Positions 27,618-40,556 of a stretch of 64,000 nt of DNA are shown here, in pieces. The translations under genes were made by a program, and so were the position numbers. The notes under the pieces are model-generated. The model was not told the origin of the DNA and ran no database searches. It saw only the letters and a program-made list of their open reading frames with translations. Position 1 is the first letter of the stretch. The number at the start of each line of letters is the position of its first letter. This DNA comes from Octopus vulgaris. Its lineage: Eukaryota. Where the stretch lies: contig OX597817.1 in NCBI GenBank assembly GCA_951406725.2, forward strand, positions 146,072,001-146,136,000. The letters run 5' to 3'.

Positions 27618-28279
27618 CATAATCACCATTTAATAAGTAACACAATACATATATATATTTGATCCCTTCATGGAATCATTGATAACTTATCACCTCACAG
27701 CCCTGGTGTTGGTGTCACTTAAAAAGAACCCAGTACACTCTATAAAGTGGTTGGCATTAAAAAGGTTATCCAGAAAACCATGCCAAAACAGACAATAGGA
27801 GTCTGGGCAGCTTGCCACCACCTGTGAAACCACCCAACCCATGCCAGCATGGAAAACAGATGTTAAATGATGATGATAATGATGAATTAATAAAAAATTT
27901 CTTCATTTAAAACGATTCCTTTGTCCTTTTGTGTTGTTGCCACTTTTAATAAGAAATATTTAGAGAAACTTACTGAAAATGCTTAACAAAATTGATGAGA
28001 AACAATAGAAATATTCATATTATAGTCTTTTCTCCTCTAGGCAGAAGGCCCAAAATTTTTGGGGAAGGTGCCAGCTGATTAGATCGAACCTAGTATGTAA
28101 CTGGTACTTAATTTATTAACCCCCAAAAGGATGAAAGGCAAAGTCAACCTCAGATGAATTACCACTAAGCATTTCGCCCAGTGTGATAACGATTCTGCCA
28201 GCTCACAACCATTACGTCATATTATATTGATAGAGCCAAAATACCAAACCCAAGGGTTTGGTATTTTGGCTCTATCAAT

Positions 28280-28865
28280 ATTTATTTCTTTATTGCCCAC
28301 AGGTGAGCTAAACATAGAGGGGACAAACAAGGACAAAGAGATTAAGTCGATTACATCAACCCCAGTGCAAAACTGGTACTTATTTAATCGACCCCAAAAG
28401 GATGAAAGGCAAAGTCGACCTCGGCAGAATTTGAACTCAGAACATAACGGCAGACGAAATACCTATTTCCTTACTACCCACGAGGGGTTAAACACAGAGA
28501 GGACAAACAAGGACAGACAAACGGATTAAGTCGATTATATCAACACCAGTACATAACTGGTACTTATTTAATCGACCCCAAAAGGTTGAGAGGCAAAGTC
28601 GACCTCGACAGAATTTGAACACAGAACATAATGGCAGACGAAATACCTATTTCTTAACTACCCACAAGGGGCAAAACATAGAGGGGACAAACAAGTACAG
28701 ACAAATGATTAAGTTGATTACATCGACCTCAGTGCATCACAGGTACTTAATTTATCGACTCTGAAAGGATGAAAGGTAAAGTCGACCTCAGCGGAATTTG
28801 AACTCAGAACGCAGCAGCAGATGAAATACCGCTAAGCACTTCACCTGGCGTGCTAACGATTCACT
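28280..28865 (-). repeat. Head-to-tail trimer of the Deu/Nin-like SINE (~185-bp period)
   Basis: Three consecutive units joined at gaaatacctatttc (~28458 and ~28640). Confidence 0.88.
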
Positions 28866-29804
28866 TGGCCTACCCCTATTCCAAGGGACATAGTCACTCT
28901 TTCTTACTCAAGGAAGTCAATCTTCAGTATTGATATTTTTCATTCTATTTTTTATCAAATTCATTCTTTATCTTCACTGAAGGAAACTTAATTCTAAAAT
29001 AATATAAAAATGGAAGTGTAGGTGTGGCTGGGTGGTTAAGAAGTTCACTTCCCAACCATGTGGTTTCAATTTCAGTTCTACTTCATGGCATTCTAGGCAA
29101 GTGTCTTCTACTATAAACCCCAAGGCTTACCAAAGTCCCAGGAGTGAAGTTTGTATACAAACACAGAAAGAATCTTGTCATTCTACATTTTTGTGGAAGG
29201 CATATCAACAATATATTTTTATAGGAAGAAAAGAAAGAAGAGAAAAAAAACATTAAACAGATGCAGGTGTGGCTGTGTGGTAAGAAGCATGCTTCCCAAC
29301 CTCATGGTTCTGGGTTCAGTCCCACTGCATGGCACCTTGGGCAAGTGTCTTCTACTATAGCCTCAGGCTGACCAAGGCCTTGTGAGTGGATTCGGTAGAC
29401 AGAAACTGAAAGAAGCCCGTCGTGTATATAAATATACATATGTGTGTGTGTCTGTGTTTGTCCCCCAACCATCACTTGACAACCGATGATGGTGCGTTTA
29501 GATCCCTGTAACTTAGTGGTTCGGCAAAAGAAACAGATAAAATAAGTACTAGGCTTACAAAGAATAAGTCCTGGGATTGATTTGTTCAACTAAAGGCAGT
29601 GCTCCAGCATGGCTGCAGTCAAATGACTGAAACAAATAAAAGAATTTAAAAGTTCAAATTATTGAGAAAAAACCCTATAACTACTTCAGCAAAGAAACAA
29701 AAAAAAAAAATGAAAAAAAGGGAGAGAGGCAAGCAGCAGAAGATAGGGGAGAGGAAATAACAAGTTGTACACTCCCAGAATAAATGGTATGTTTGGCCAC
29801 ACCT

Positions 29805-30040
29805 CATGGACATAATTGCTAAGGTGTTGCCCTGGAGAATGGCCAGCAGCACTTATTGCAACAGCCATCCCATCTTACAGAGCTCGTTTCTTAGATGGAC
29901 TATAGTTATCCTGGTTTTGTGGAGGAAATCAATAGTGCAGGGGCTGAAAACAGCTGAGGCCCCAATGACAACCAGCACAGACTGATGGTGACTAGAGATT
30001 GGAGGACTTAGATTTTGCTGGTTTAGGCTTTGTGGAACAT
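29805..30040 (-). mobile_element. Degenerate CRE-like (restriction-like endonuclease) non-LTR C-terminal fragment
   Basis: HQSVLVVIGASAVFSPCTIDFL...RNELCKMGWLLQ*VLLAILQGNTLAI resembles FxPxxxExxGxxGP...LxQRxSxAxxRGNxxxI. Confidence 0.45.
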
Positions 30041-30559
30041 CTAATATAGATTACAAATGACACAAGAAAGTTTCTTTTGAGACGTAAAATTAATTTCTGA
30101 AGGTTTTATATTTCAACATAAATGCTAATATCTCCCATGGTATTACTTGAATCCATTTGCTGCTGTGAGATGGTTTATCGTGAGTGTCTACTGGGTTTCG
30201 GATTTCTAGAAAATGAAATATCAAAAGTTCAAATTCAAGTGTGTTATGGAAATTTTCCATTATTAATTTTGTCTTTTCTAGTGTCAGCCATTTTGTGTGT
30301 GTGTGTGTGTGTGTGTAACCATGTTATATACATGGAATCTTCTCAAGCTGTTTCTGGACCAATGTCTGTGAATACACACAGACACTCACACACATGTACA
30401 TATAACTGCGCTCTGTTGGTTAAGATCACAAGCGATCCAGTTGATCTGATCGACAGAACCAGCCTGCTCATGAAATTAACACGCAAGTGGCTGATACATA
30501 TACCCTTAATGTAGTTGCCAGGGAGATTCATTGTGACACAAAATGTGACAAGACAGGCC

Positions 30560-31249
30560 ATATTGCTAAAAGTGCCAAGAAGGCTGAGGGTGTCTTGGCA
30601 TCACTCACCAAGTCCTTTGTGAGCCGCTCTCCTGCTATCTATCTGCAGCTTTATATAGCTATGATGCAACCTCACCTGGAATTTGCATCACCGGTCTGGA
30701 ACCCCTATCTTGCCCAGGATATTAATAGTCTGGAAGCCGTTCAGCGACGTGCAACCAAGAGAATACCCTCCATCAGGCATTTGCCATATTCTGAACGCCT
30801 TACTTCCCTGGGCATGGATACATTGAAACTCTGATGTCTGGCAGCTGACTTGGTGGACACCCATAAAATTATTAACCATCTTACTAACAATAACTCTGAG
30901 CACCTTTTCAAACTCCACCTGTCTAACACCCGTGGACATGTTTACAAAGTCAGAAAACAGCACAGCTCCCATGACTTTCGGAAACATTTTTTCATGCTAA
31001 GAGTTGCTGAAGCATGGAACAAAATGCCGGCATCAGTTATTAGTTGTCGGAGCACTGCATCCTTCAAAACTTCCATGCTTCCTGAGATTCGCCAATACTA
31101 CACCTGATTTTCTCCCCTCCATACACATGCAAGCATGTATCTGATTCATTCACTGTTCACTTTCCAGACATTTGTACATTACTGCATATGCTTTATACGC
31201 ACTTTTGACAAGTTGTGGTGCACCTGAGCACTGTACACAATAATTTCAT

Positions 31250-31287
<38 letters not shown>

Positions 31288-31337
31288 TTATCATTATTAC
31301 TATTATTATTATTTTTATTATTATTATTATTATTATT
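30560..31337 (+). mobile_element. 5'-truncated CR1 fragment related to the 51.6-56.3 kb element, with (CTA)n(TTA)n tail
   Basis: KAEGVLASL..SFVSRSPAIYL...PHLEFAS.VWNPYLAQ and TRGHVYKVRKQHSSHDFRKHFF match the ORF2 C-terminus. In-frame TGA at 30832-30834. Shares the terminal 'gtgcacctgagcactgtacacaat'. Confidence 0.92.
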
Positions 31338-32109
31338 ATGGATAATTTCCAAAGGTCCCTCGCCTGGCAGTGCTACCGAGGGGCTCTGCCTGTTCGGAAT
31401 AAACTCTACTGGCACGGAAGTGCCGTCAGACGGGCCTGCCCAAGGTGCGCCCAGGACGATGAAACCGTTCTGCACGCATTCGTCCAGTGCCCGAGTATTG
31501 CTGAACTATGGGTTTATGTTGAACAGCTACTGTCGCGTATAGGACGGATCAACTATCAGCTGAATCCATAGTGAGAATTGCCCCGCCGACCTCCTTTAAC
31601 CGGGAGGGCAATGCAGTTTTCCTTTGCCTAGTGGTTATAGCGAAAGAGGTGATATGCTGGACCCGTTTGAAAAGGCTAAGGTCAGACAATTTCCTCTTTG
31701 CCGAAAGCCTCATCAACTTTTTCAAGTTTCGCTTGAAAAGGAAGATGAGAGTAGAGAGGGAAGTGATGTCTGATAGCAAGTTCATTGAAAGGTGGGTGAA
31801 TGTCGCAAGAATGGCCAGTATGAACGGACCAATTCTGAGGATACACCTGTGAAAATTAAAAGGAAATATAAAAGGAGAAAGGGGCTCTCTACCCACCTTT
31901 TGACCAGGCTCCCGTGGCGTTTATGGGTTTTTCCACGAGTAAACTTTCGAAGCGCCTCCCCCCTATTGATACTTACGTTTCGTTGTTATCCTGCTTTTGT
32001 ACACGGACTTTTTCAAACGGACAAAACCCTTTGTAACTTTCGTCCTGTGTTTTGTCCCTTTATGTTTTAACTGATTTTTGTTAGCCCTTGTGGCCAATAA
32101 ACGAATTAG
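31338..32109 (+). mobile_element. Short 5'-truncated Tx1/L1-clade LINE fragment (C-terminal zinc-finger region + 3'UTR)
   Basis: MDNFQRSLAWQCYRGALPVR...CPRCAQDDETVLHAFVQCP is near-identical to 33308-33822. Frameshift near 31550. AATAAA near 32096, then (TTA)n. Confidence 0.88.
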
Positions 32110-32137
32110 TTATTATTATTATTATTATTATTATTAT

Positions 32138-34140
32138 CTCATGCGCTACATCATAGAGAGGGTGGGTAACGACGCTGGCGCGGGTGGGGCTTTGATCAAC
32201 TTGGATCAGAGTAAAGCCTTCGATGGGGTCGACCATCGGTACCTGGCAGCTGTCCTCAGGGCAGCCGGCTTCGGTCCAGTCTTCCGCAGGTGGATCGCTG
32301 CTTTATACAGCAATATCTGCTCGGTGATACGGGTGAACGGTCACCTTTCGGAACCGTTTGACATCTCGCGTTCGGTCCGCCAAGGATGCCCTCTCTCCTC
32401 CCTCTTGTACATTTTGACTCTCGAGCCATTACTGCGCAAGTTGGAGGCTTTCAGGGGTATCCCGCGCGATCTAGGAGGCGGAAACAGCGTGTCTGCTTAT
32501 GCCGACGACGTCACCATGGTGGTGTCGAGCCACAGGCACATTGGCCTGATTGGCGAGACGCTAAACCAGTACGAAGCGGTGACAGGGGCAAAGATTAACG
32601 CGGAAAAGTCTGTGGGCTTGCAACTGGGCGCTGGACAGACGGACCCGTTAAACTGCTCGGGGTCTGGTTCGGTCCGGACCTCCAGGTGGATAAGAACTGG
32701 GAAGAGGTGACGAGCAGGGTGGCACGTCTCACCCAGAAATGGGCCGAGAGGAAGCTGTCCCTGAAAGGTCGAGCGGAGGTGGCGAATGCGTACATCGCAT
32801 CCGTCATCTATTACCGCTTGACCGTCGTCCCTTGTCCCGACCGCTGGTTGGCCAAGCTGGTACGCCTGCTCTTCGACTTTTTGTGGAAGGGTCAGGTGCC
32901 ACTGGTCAGGCGATCCATCTGCTGTCAACGACCGCTGAACGGAGGCCTTGGAATGCCGTGGTTGCTGTTGCGCAGACATGCGCTCAGGCTGCGGCATCTC
33001 AAGCGCTTCCTAGACGGTGAACAGGTGTGGTCGTCTTTTGTCAGACGCGATTTTCCGCAGCTCGTCTCTTTGACGGAGCTGCAGACCTGGATCAAACGTA
33101 GACCGAGAAAGGGCGCTTGGCACCTCGAGTGCCGTCAAGCCCTCTCCGCCCTCCGCCAGGCGGGCAATGCGGTCGGTTACAGCTCCACTCTAGCGTTCTA
33201 TAGAGGGTTAGTGGAGGAAAAATGCGACGACGTTCTCGGGGAAACTCTAGGCGTTGAAGACGACGAACTGAGCGGTCTGTTCGGGAAGACTTTCGGGCCG
33301 GGGCCGATGGATAATTTCCAGAGGTCTCTCGCCTGGCAGTGCTACCGAGGGGCTCTGCCTGTTCGAGATAAACTCTACCGGCACGGAAGTGCCGTCAGCC
33401 GGGCCTGCCCGAGGTGTTGCCAGGACGACGAAACCGTTCTGCACGCACTCGTCCAGTGCCCGAGTATTGCTGAAATATGGGTTTATGTCGAACAGCTACT
33501 GTCACGTGTAGGACGGATCCGACTATCGGCCGAATCCATTGTGAAGATTGCCCCGCCGACCTCCTTTAACAAGGAGGGCGAGGCCGTTTTCTTGTGCCTA
33601 GTGGCTGTGGCGAAAGAGGTGGTGTGGTGGACTCGTTTGAAAGGGCTAAAGTCAGACACTTTCCTCTTTGGTCAAGGCCTCATCAACTTTTTCAAGTTTC
33701 ACTTGAAAAGGAAGATGAGGTTAGAGAGGAAAGTGCTGTCCGATAGCAAGTTTTATGAAAGGTGGGTGAATTGTGCGAGACTGGCCTGTATAAATGGACC
33801 AGTTCTCAGGTTTCGCCTGTGATTTCAAAGAAAAAGGTAATGTAAAAGGAGAAAAAAGGGGACTCTCTACACCCCCTTTTTTTGACCAGGCTCCCGTTGG
33901 CTTTTGTAGGGTTTTTTCCACCAGGAACCTTTCGAAACGTCTCCCCCTTTTGGGAGTTTTTCATTGTTGAATTTTATAAGTTGTTATAAAGATTTTTACT
34001 CGATGTTTTTAAAAAACGGCAAAACCCTTTGTAACCTTTCGTCCTGTCTTGTCCCTTTATGTAATCATGCGTGTCAGCCCTTGTGGCCAATAAAAAAAGA
34101 ATTGATTATTATTATTATTATTGTTGTTGTTGTTGTTATT
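32138..34140 (+). mobile_element. 5'-truncated Tx1/L1-clade LINE (partial RT + CCHC-type C-terminus + 3'UTR), GC- and CpG-rich
   Basis: ALINLDQSKAFD.VDHRYL, SVRQGCPLS.LLY...LEPL, AYADDV, then WTDGPVKLLGVWFG...LSLKGRA...GGLGMP and CPRC..DETVLHALVQCP. One frameshifting deletion near 32630. AATAAA near 34089, then (TTA)n(TTG)n. Confidence 0.92.
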
Positions 34141-36407
34141 GACGTAAGATGAGAACAGACTGAAGTGGAGTTATCTCCTCTTGGGAGTTATAACGAAGCT
34201 GCGAATTTGTTGTGACCAGCAAAGGTAAAGAAAATTTTGATGTTATTTTAAAATTGTTCTTAGTAAACAGTCGTATATTTTGTTGAGACTCCTTTTATAA
34301 AGTTAGCCCTTGTATAATATCCATGGTACTGCGTAGAAATATTGTTTCATGCATGGAATTTCGAACTATCGTTATTTTAATTAATAACGAAATGTGACAA
34401 ACTTGTTTAGTTTCGAAATAACTTCGGAATCCAACATTGGAGAATATATCTTTTATAAGGAATGTGAAAAGAAATATTTATTAAATAAGTCGAAGCTTGA
34501 GCCAAGATATTTGTTGACACATTTTTTTATGTTTCTGTTTTTATGTAAAATATAATTTGTTCCTTGTTTACTGACATCGTCCGATGTTATTTATATCCTG
34601 CAGTGGTAGACACGTTGTTGTTAGTCCCAGAGTCAATATTATTTGAATAGACCCATGATTAAAGACGTTCCAATTACGACTATCTCGTCTAAGACGTTTG
34701 ACTAATGTGTCTTTCTCGTTTTTTAAGACAATAAGGTGAGCTGAAAGAACTTGGCTGCTATTTCTAGCATGTTGAGCGTCTGCCTAGAGGATGTTACTTG
34801 ATGCGATCGGAGACACATTCAGTTATTGAATCGAGGGTAGACTTGATCAAGCAGATATCTATAATCAAAAGCATTCCAGCCATGACCATCCACATCTGTT
34901 TTCTCCAGACAGCAAACTACATTATCGAATATATTCTTTCATTGTTTAAGACAGTGTGGTTTGAGAAGAGGTTGGCTGCTATTTCCAACAGATCTTATCA
35001 AATTCTCACTTGTCGCCAGATTGCTTCAATGAGCCTAGTTAATTAGTTAATTAATATAACTGGTTTCTAGCTTCAACTTAATCAACAATAACGATGTTTC
35101 TTTTATTATCACATCTTGTTAAAGTTGTTTTGACCAATAATATTAATTTATATTATTTTACATAAGACTACAGAAGCTTCCATGACATTAATCTCATTTC
35201 TGTGAAATTGCTAAACGAAGCTCGTGAGTTGCATATAAATGATTTCGACATAATTCTTTACTTGGCCGTAATTAAATTTGTGTTAAGCTCTGGTGCAAGA
35301 GCTTAGCAGTTATTTATGACCAGTGGATTAAACACATCAATAGTTGTTGTTGTTATTATTATTATTATTATCCACCCTTATTAGTTGTTTATCAACAACT
35401 TTATCATGCTTCCCTTAAATCAAACCCTAATGTTGAAAAAAAAAATAAGTGGGGGCAAGGTCACATTAGATAATTTCGTGGTTGACATGTGAGGTGGAAG
35501 ACACTGGATGGTCAAAGCTGAAATGCCATTATCCATAAGGTCTTCTTCGACTAAGGTTAACAGGCAGGACCTAAACAATAGCAACAGCGTGTAAACACGT
35601 GTTTGATGTTTTTATTTTGTCGTCCGCGTAATGCCTGCTTCTAGAGCTGTCTTAGCACTGCTATAGGCTCCCTGGCAAATCAATGCATTCATTGGGCCCT
35701 ACAGTATTTATTTATTGACTTACATAGATTATAATTATGCCCTTAAGTCTGTGAGACCACCCGTCTGTCTACACATACCTTAAGATGACATTCTGTATTA
35801 CATTTATACATTATTCAATCTTTTTAGTATAAAACTCGCTTGAAATCGCAGTATTAAAGAATTGACTTCGCTAAGTGTATTCATAGGTTATATCCTATGC
35901 GGTGGTTAATAGAGTTACATCTGATTTGGGGAGGCCTAATTAAAACTTTTGCTTTAGTTTGAAAATAGTGTTTTTCCGGTCTACAAAATATTTCCCAAAC
36001 TATTACTCAGAGATGATTAATTCTTTGTTGTAAAATGTGAGCAGTCTTTACGTGTTTAGCATCAAACTTTAAAGAATTACAGGAAAGTAAGTACACAGCT
36101 AAATGAATAAAGGAATGTGTTTCTCGTTAGGCAATTAATGACAATCCTTTAGCAATCTTGTTAGTTTGTTCTGTTTGGTTTACTTAGCTGTCGGCAGGGC
36201 CGGATTAAGACCTGTAGAGGCTCTAAGCACTTAAAAGATTTTGGTGCTCCCATATTTATGTAATTCAGTATAGAAACGGTAAATATTCTGTGTTTATTTC
36301 TGTATACTTTTCATTTGAAACGTTTTCTCCCACTCTTTTTAATTGCTAAGTCTTTGGATCAGATTCTCGTTGACACCATTGCAAACTTCGAAATATTTTC
36401 GATCATA

Positions 36408-36795
36408 GGCGCAGGAATGGCTGTGTTGTAAGTAGCTTGCTTACCAACTACATGGTTCCGGGTTCAGTCCCACTGTGTGGCACCTTGGGCAAGTATCTTC
36501 TGTATCCTCGGGCTAACCAAAGCCTTGTGAGTGGATTTGGTAGATGGAAACTGAAAGAAGCCCGTCGTATATATATATATGTGTGTGTGTCTGTGTTTGT
36601 CCCCCCCTCCCAACATCGCTTGACAATCAATGCTGGTGTGTTTACGTCCTTGTAACTTAGCGGTTCGGCAAAAGAGACCGATAGAATAAGTACTAAGCTT
36701 ACAAAGAATAAGTCCTGGGGTCGATTTGCTCGACTAAATGCGGTGCCCCAGCATGGCCGCAGTCAAATGACTGAAACAAGTAAAGGAATAAAAGA
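36408..36795 (+). mobile_element. ~390-bp SINE with internal microsatellite (other copies at ~3683-4077 -, 29260-29645 +, 39467-39832 +, 49961-50340 +, 50790-51150 -, plus fragments)
   Basis: Pol III-like head ggcgcagg..tggctgtg.gtaag...gggttcagtccc, CORE-like ccttgggcaagtgtctt, tail gactgaaacaagtaaaaga. Confidence 0.88.
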
Positions 36796-37707
36796 ACATA
36801 AACCATGCTTTTGCTAATTGTAGTTAGTTAAGGAAGTAAAAAAATAGGTGTGAAGTGGAGAGTTGTGTCAGCCGGAAATTCTTTAATCTGTAATTAGAGA
36901 GGTATTGGTGTGTTAATAGCTGCTAAGTGGGTAGTGTATATTTTTAAATGTAGTTAGGGGGACTTATATACTCTCTGCTTTAACAATTTCCAGAAATGTT
37001 GAAGTGAATCTTGCGGTTTTTGTGTGTTTCTTAAATGGCTTATAAACACCTTCCACGCTCTGTTAAGTTTGACATAAAGATTGCTTTTTAATGTCGAGAG
37101 AATTTTAATTGAATGCTGTGAAGGTAGAGAAAAGAACTACATCCATGAGACTTATACTGAAGCTGGAATGTTGTATCTACAAGAGCTAATTTCTATTTAG
37201 TATAATCAAATGGGAGCCACTACATCACTGCTCATCCTGCTAGAAACAATAACTAAAATCTCCCTCAACTCACTACTGTCTTTATAAGTGTGAAGGACAC
37301 TAGTATCAGGATAAGACTACTGGTGTTTAAATCTTAGAATTACACTTGTTGACCTAAAAATGTTTTGACATGATTTCATGTCATTTGACTGACAGTGTGA
37401 ATACTAGCTGTGACTAAACGACATGCGACATGTAAGAGATAATATCACGAATGAGAATGTTGAAAATAAGGTTAAGGTCAGCAGTGAACTTAATGTATAA
37501 ATCGATACTAATCAAAGTTTTGTCTCAGTTCTATTTGAGGCAAACTGAAAGAAGTTCTGCACTAAATGATGATAAAACACATGTAGGTTTATATAGACTA
37601 AATATAAATGCCGGCATAGCCGCTTGGTTAGGAAATTCACTTCCCAACCACATCAAAAACACACAGATAATCCTACACCATATCTATTGACAAAAAATGA
37701 TGAAATA

Positions 37708-37849
37708 CCGTATTTCAATGTGTATAAGGAACCCTTTTTTGTCAAAAATTAGGCTAAAAAATATGTGAGTTTCTTATTCATGGATAACCTTATTTCCAAA
37801 TTTTAAGACCCCAAAATTAGTGGGGTTCCTTAAACACGTTAAAATACGG
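37708..37849. mobile_element. Tc2/pogo-type MITE
   Basis: TA-CCGTATTT...AAATACGG-TA termini with extended imperfect TIR (gtgtataaggaaccc / gggttccttaaacac). Confidence 0.75.
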
Positions 37850-39120
37850 TATTTTTTAACTGTTGTTGTAAATCTAATCATATCACAAACTGACATTCTA
37901 ATAACACACTTTAGAAATTACACCTACATCAAATGGCAGTATTGTCAGAAAATGGATTTTAGGAACTTCGTGTACGCCAAGGTCTATGAAAATGAAGATT
38001 ACAAAGGCAGACATCGTAAAGCTCCTACTTTTGTCAGTTGAAAAGTTGGCGAATGCTGACCATCGCCCTTTTTCCATCATTGGTGAGCAGAGATGTTAGA
38101 CTATCAGACTAAATGCCTATCGCATTTAGTTGAGGCTCTTTACATTTTAAGTTCAGATCCAGTCGAGATCAAGTTTGCTTTTGGATGTTCCGAAATTGTT
38201 AAAATATAAGTACCAAAAGCACGTAAAGAGCACTATCCATTCGTGTCCGTTGCCAGCCTCGCCTGGCCCCCGTGCTGGTGGCACATAAAAAGCACCATCC
38301 GTTCGTGGCCGTTTGCCAGCTCTGTCTGGCACCTGTGCGGGTGGCACGTAAAAAGCACCCACTACACTCACGGAGTGGTTGGCGTTAGGAAGGGCATCCA
38401 GCCGTAGAAACACTGCCAGATCTGACTAGGCCTGATGAAGCCTTCTGGCTTCACAGACCCCAGTTGAACCGTCCAACCCATGCTAGCATGGAAAACGGAA
38501 GCTAAACGATGATGATGATGATGAATCCAATATTTGGATCGGTTTAATATTGTTATAAAACACTCGAGATGTGAATGGAAATATAAAATTATAACAGAAA
38601 ACTAAAGTATTTCTGCTTTTGCGACGAAAAACCAAACGTTTCATCGTTTAATGAGAAAAATAAAAATTTCCTATCATTCTGTTATTATGTGTTCTGTTAA
38701 GAAAATAGTATAATTCGTTTAGGTGAAAGTTTTACACCTCAAGACAATTTTTTTTCATAAGCTAAGCTCGGGTGCAGGGGACGCAAGCACACCTTTTTTT
38801 TTTTTTTTTTTTGTGGGGTGGAGGGGGGCAATGAAAATACTTTGAACATCCTCCTGAAAAATTGGGTTTGCCCTCCCTAAGCAAATTTCGTTCCCGTTCT
38901 TAAGATTTAAAAAAAAATATACTTTAATCCGAATGCAGAGATATTAAGGAATATTTACAAGGGAGAGAACTGTTAAATAACTACTCATATTTTAGTGTTC
39001 ATAAATGTGGGTGTGTGTGTGAGTTTGTGAAGATCTTAATCTTTTTAATTTTGTGGTACACTGGAAGTTGGACAAAAGAGTTACTTGCTCATTTCAAATG
39101 TAAAGTTATTAAAAAAATCT

Positions 39121-39458
39121 GTTTTCAAATCTAAAATTTAACAAAAAAAAAAGATTATCTTCAGGCTTTTTAATTTCAATCTTTTAATATACATATATTA
39201 ACATTTTGTACTGTACTTTCTTTTGTACCAATGATTTAATTTTGCTATAAATTATGCATCTTTTAATTTTTTTGATGATGATGGTAGATTAAGAATATAG
39301 CATAAATCTCTGGTGACTCCTATAATATATTAAGTATATAGCATGGGGATAGGGTCATTGATAACCCTCAGGACAAGAAAAATGTTAATGTATGCATATC
39401 AAAAGATTGAAATTAAAAAGCCTGAAGATTTTTTTTGTTAAATTTTTAATTTGGAAAC
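39121..39458. repeat. Fold-back (arms 39121-39207 / 39379-39458) whose core is a deleted copy of 44281-44883
   Basis: Direct sequence identity of 39204-39280 to 44281-44358 and of 39280-39428 to 44737-44883. Confidence 0.88.
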
Positions 39459-40134
39459 TATATGCATAGGAGTGGCTGTGTGGTAAGTAGCTTGCTTGCC
39501 GACCACATGGTTCCATTTCAGTCCCACTGTGTGGCACCTTGGGCAAGTGTCTTCTACTGTATCCTCAGGCCGACCAAATCCTTGTGAGTGGATTTGGTAC
39601 ATGGAAACTGAAAGAAGTCCGTCGTGTATATATATGTGTGTGTGTGTTTGTTCCCTCCAGCATCACTTGACAACTAATGCTGGTGTGTTTATGTCCCCAT
39701 AACTTAGCAGTTTGGCAAAAGAGACTGATAGAATAAATATTAGGCTTACAAAAAATAAATCCTGTGGTCAATTTGCTCAACTAAAGGCGATGCTCCAGCA
39801 TGGCCATAGTGAAATGACTGAAACAAGTAAAGAATCTTTTTATATTTTATCCTGTGTACAATGCAGGCTTTTACTTGCCAACCACATGGTTTCATGTAGC
39901 ACCCTGAACAAATTTTTCTACTATAGACCTGGGCCAAACCAAGCCTTGTTTGTGGATTTGCCAGGTGATGGAAACTAAAAGAGGCCTGTCATGTGTATGA
40001 GTGTAAACATTTATGCATGTATCCATATTATTTATTATTTTAAATATTTCTTTTCATTTTTACTGCAGATTCCCAGAAATATATATATATATATATAAAA
40101 AAAAAAACAACTCCAAAACACACAAACAAAAGAT

Positions 40135-40198
40135 ATGGCTACAAATAACTTTTTACTTTATGTGTTATTTTTACTAAAAGTTGTTACTGCAAATGTGG
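40135..40198 (+). CDS. First coding exon (signal peptide MATNNFLLYVLFLLKVVTA-NV) of a small type-I membrane protein
   Basis: Acceptor ttttcatttttactgcag (exon starts at 40069), ATG at 40135, hydrophobic leader ending V-T-A, and donor G|GTAAGT at 40199 (phase 1). Confidence 0.72.
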
Positions 40199-40320
40199 GT
40201 AAGTACCCTTTTTTTTTTTTCCATTTTCTATTATGAGATTAACAGTTTCTCTCATTCCCGTCTTCTTGGTCTCAGTTGTGTAAACATATACCAACATTTG
40301 AACATAACTGTATTTTATAA

Positions 40321-40556
40321 GGCGGTGACCTGGCAGAAACGTTAGCACGCCGGGCGAAATGCGTATCCGTATTTCTTCTGCCATTATGTTCTGAGTTCAA
40401 ATTCCGCCGAGGTCGACTTTGCCTTTCATCCTTTCGGGGTCGATAAATTAAGTACCAGTTACGCACTGGGGTCGATGTAATTGACTCAATCTGTTTGTCT
40501 GTCCTTGTTTGTCCCCTCTGTTTAGCCCCTTGTGGGTAGTAAAGGAATAGGTATTT
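40321..40556 (+). mobile_element. ~235-bp SINE with Deu/Nin-like central domain (other copies at ~41074-41307 +, 8032-8200 -, 25792-26010 -, 45686-45882 -, 12325-12530 +)
   Basis: gagttcaaattcc B box, then gactttgcctttcatcctttcggggtcgataaattaagtacc. Confidence 0.85.
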
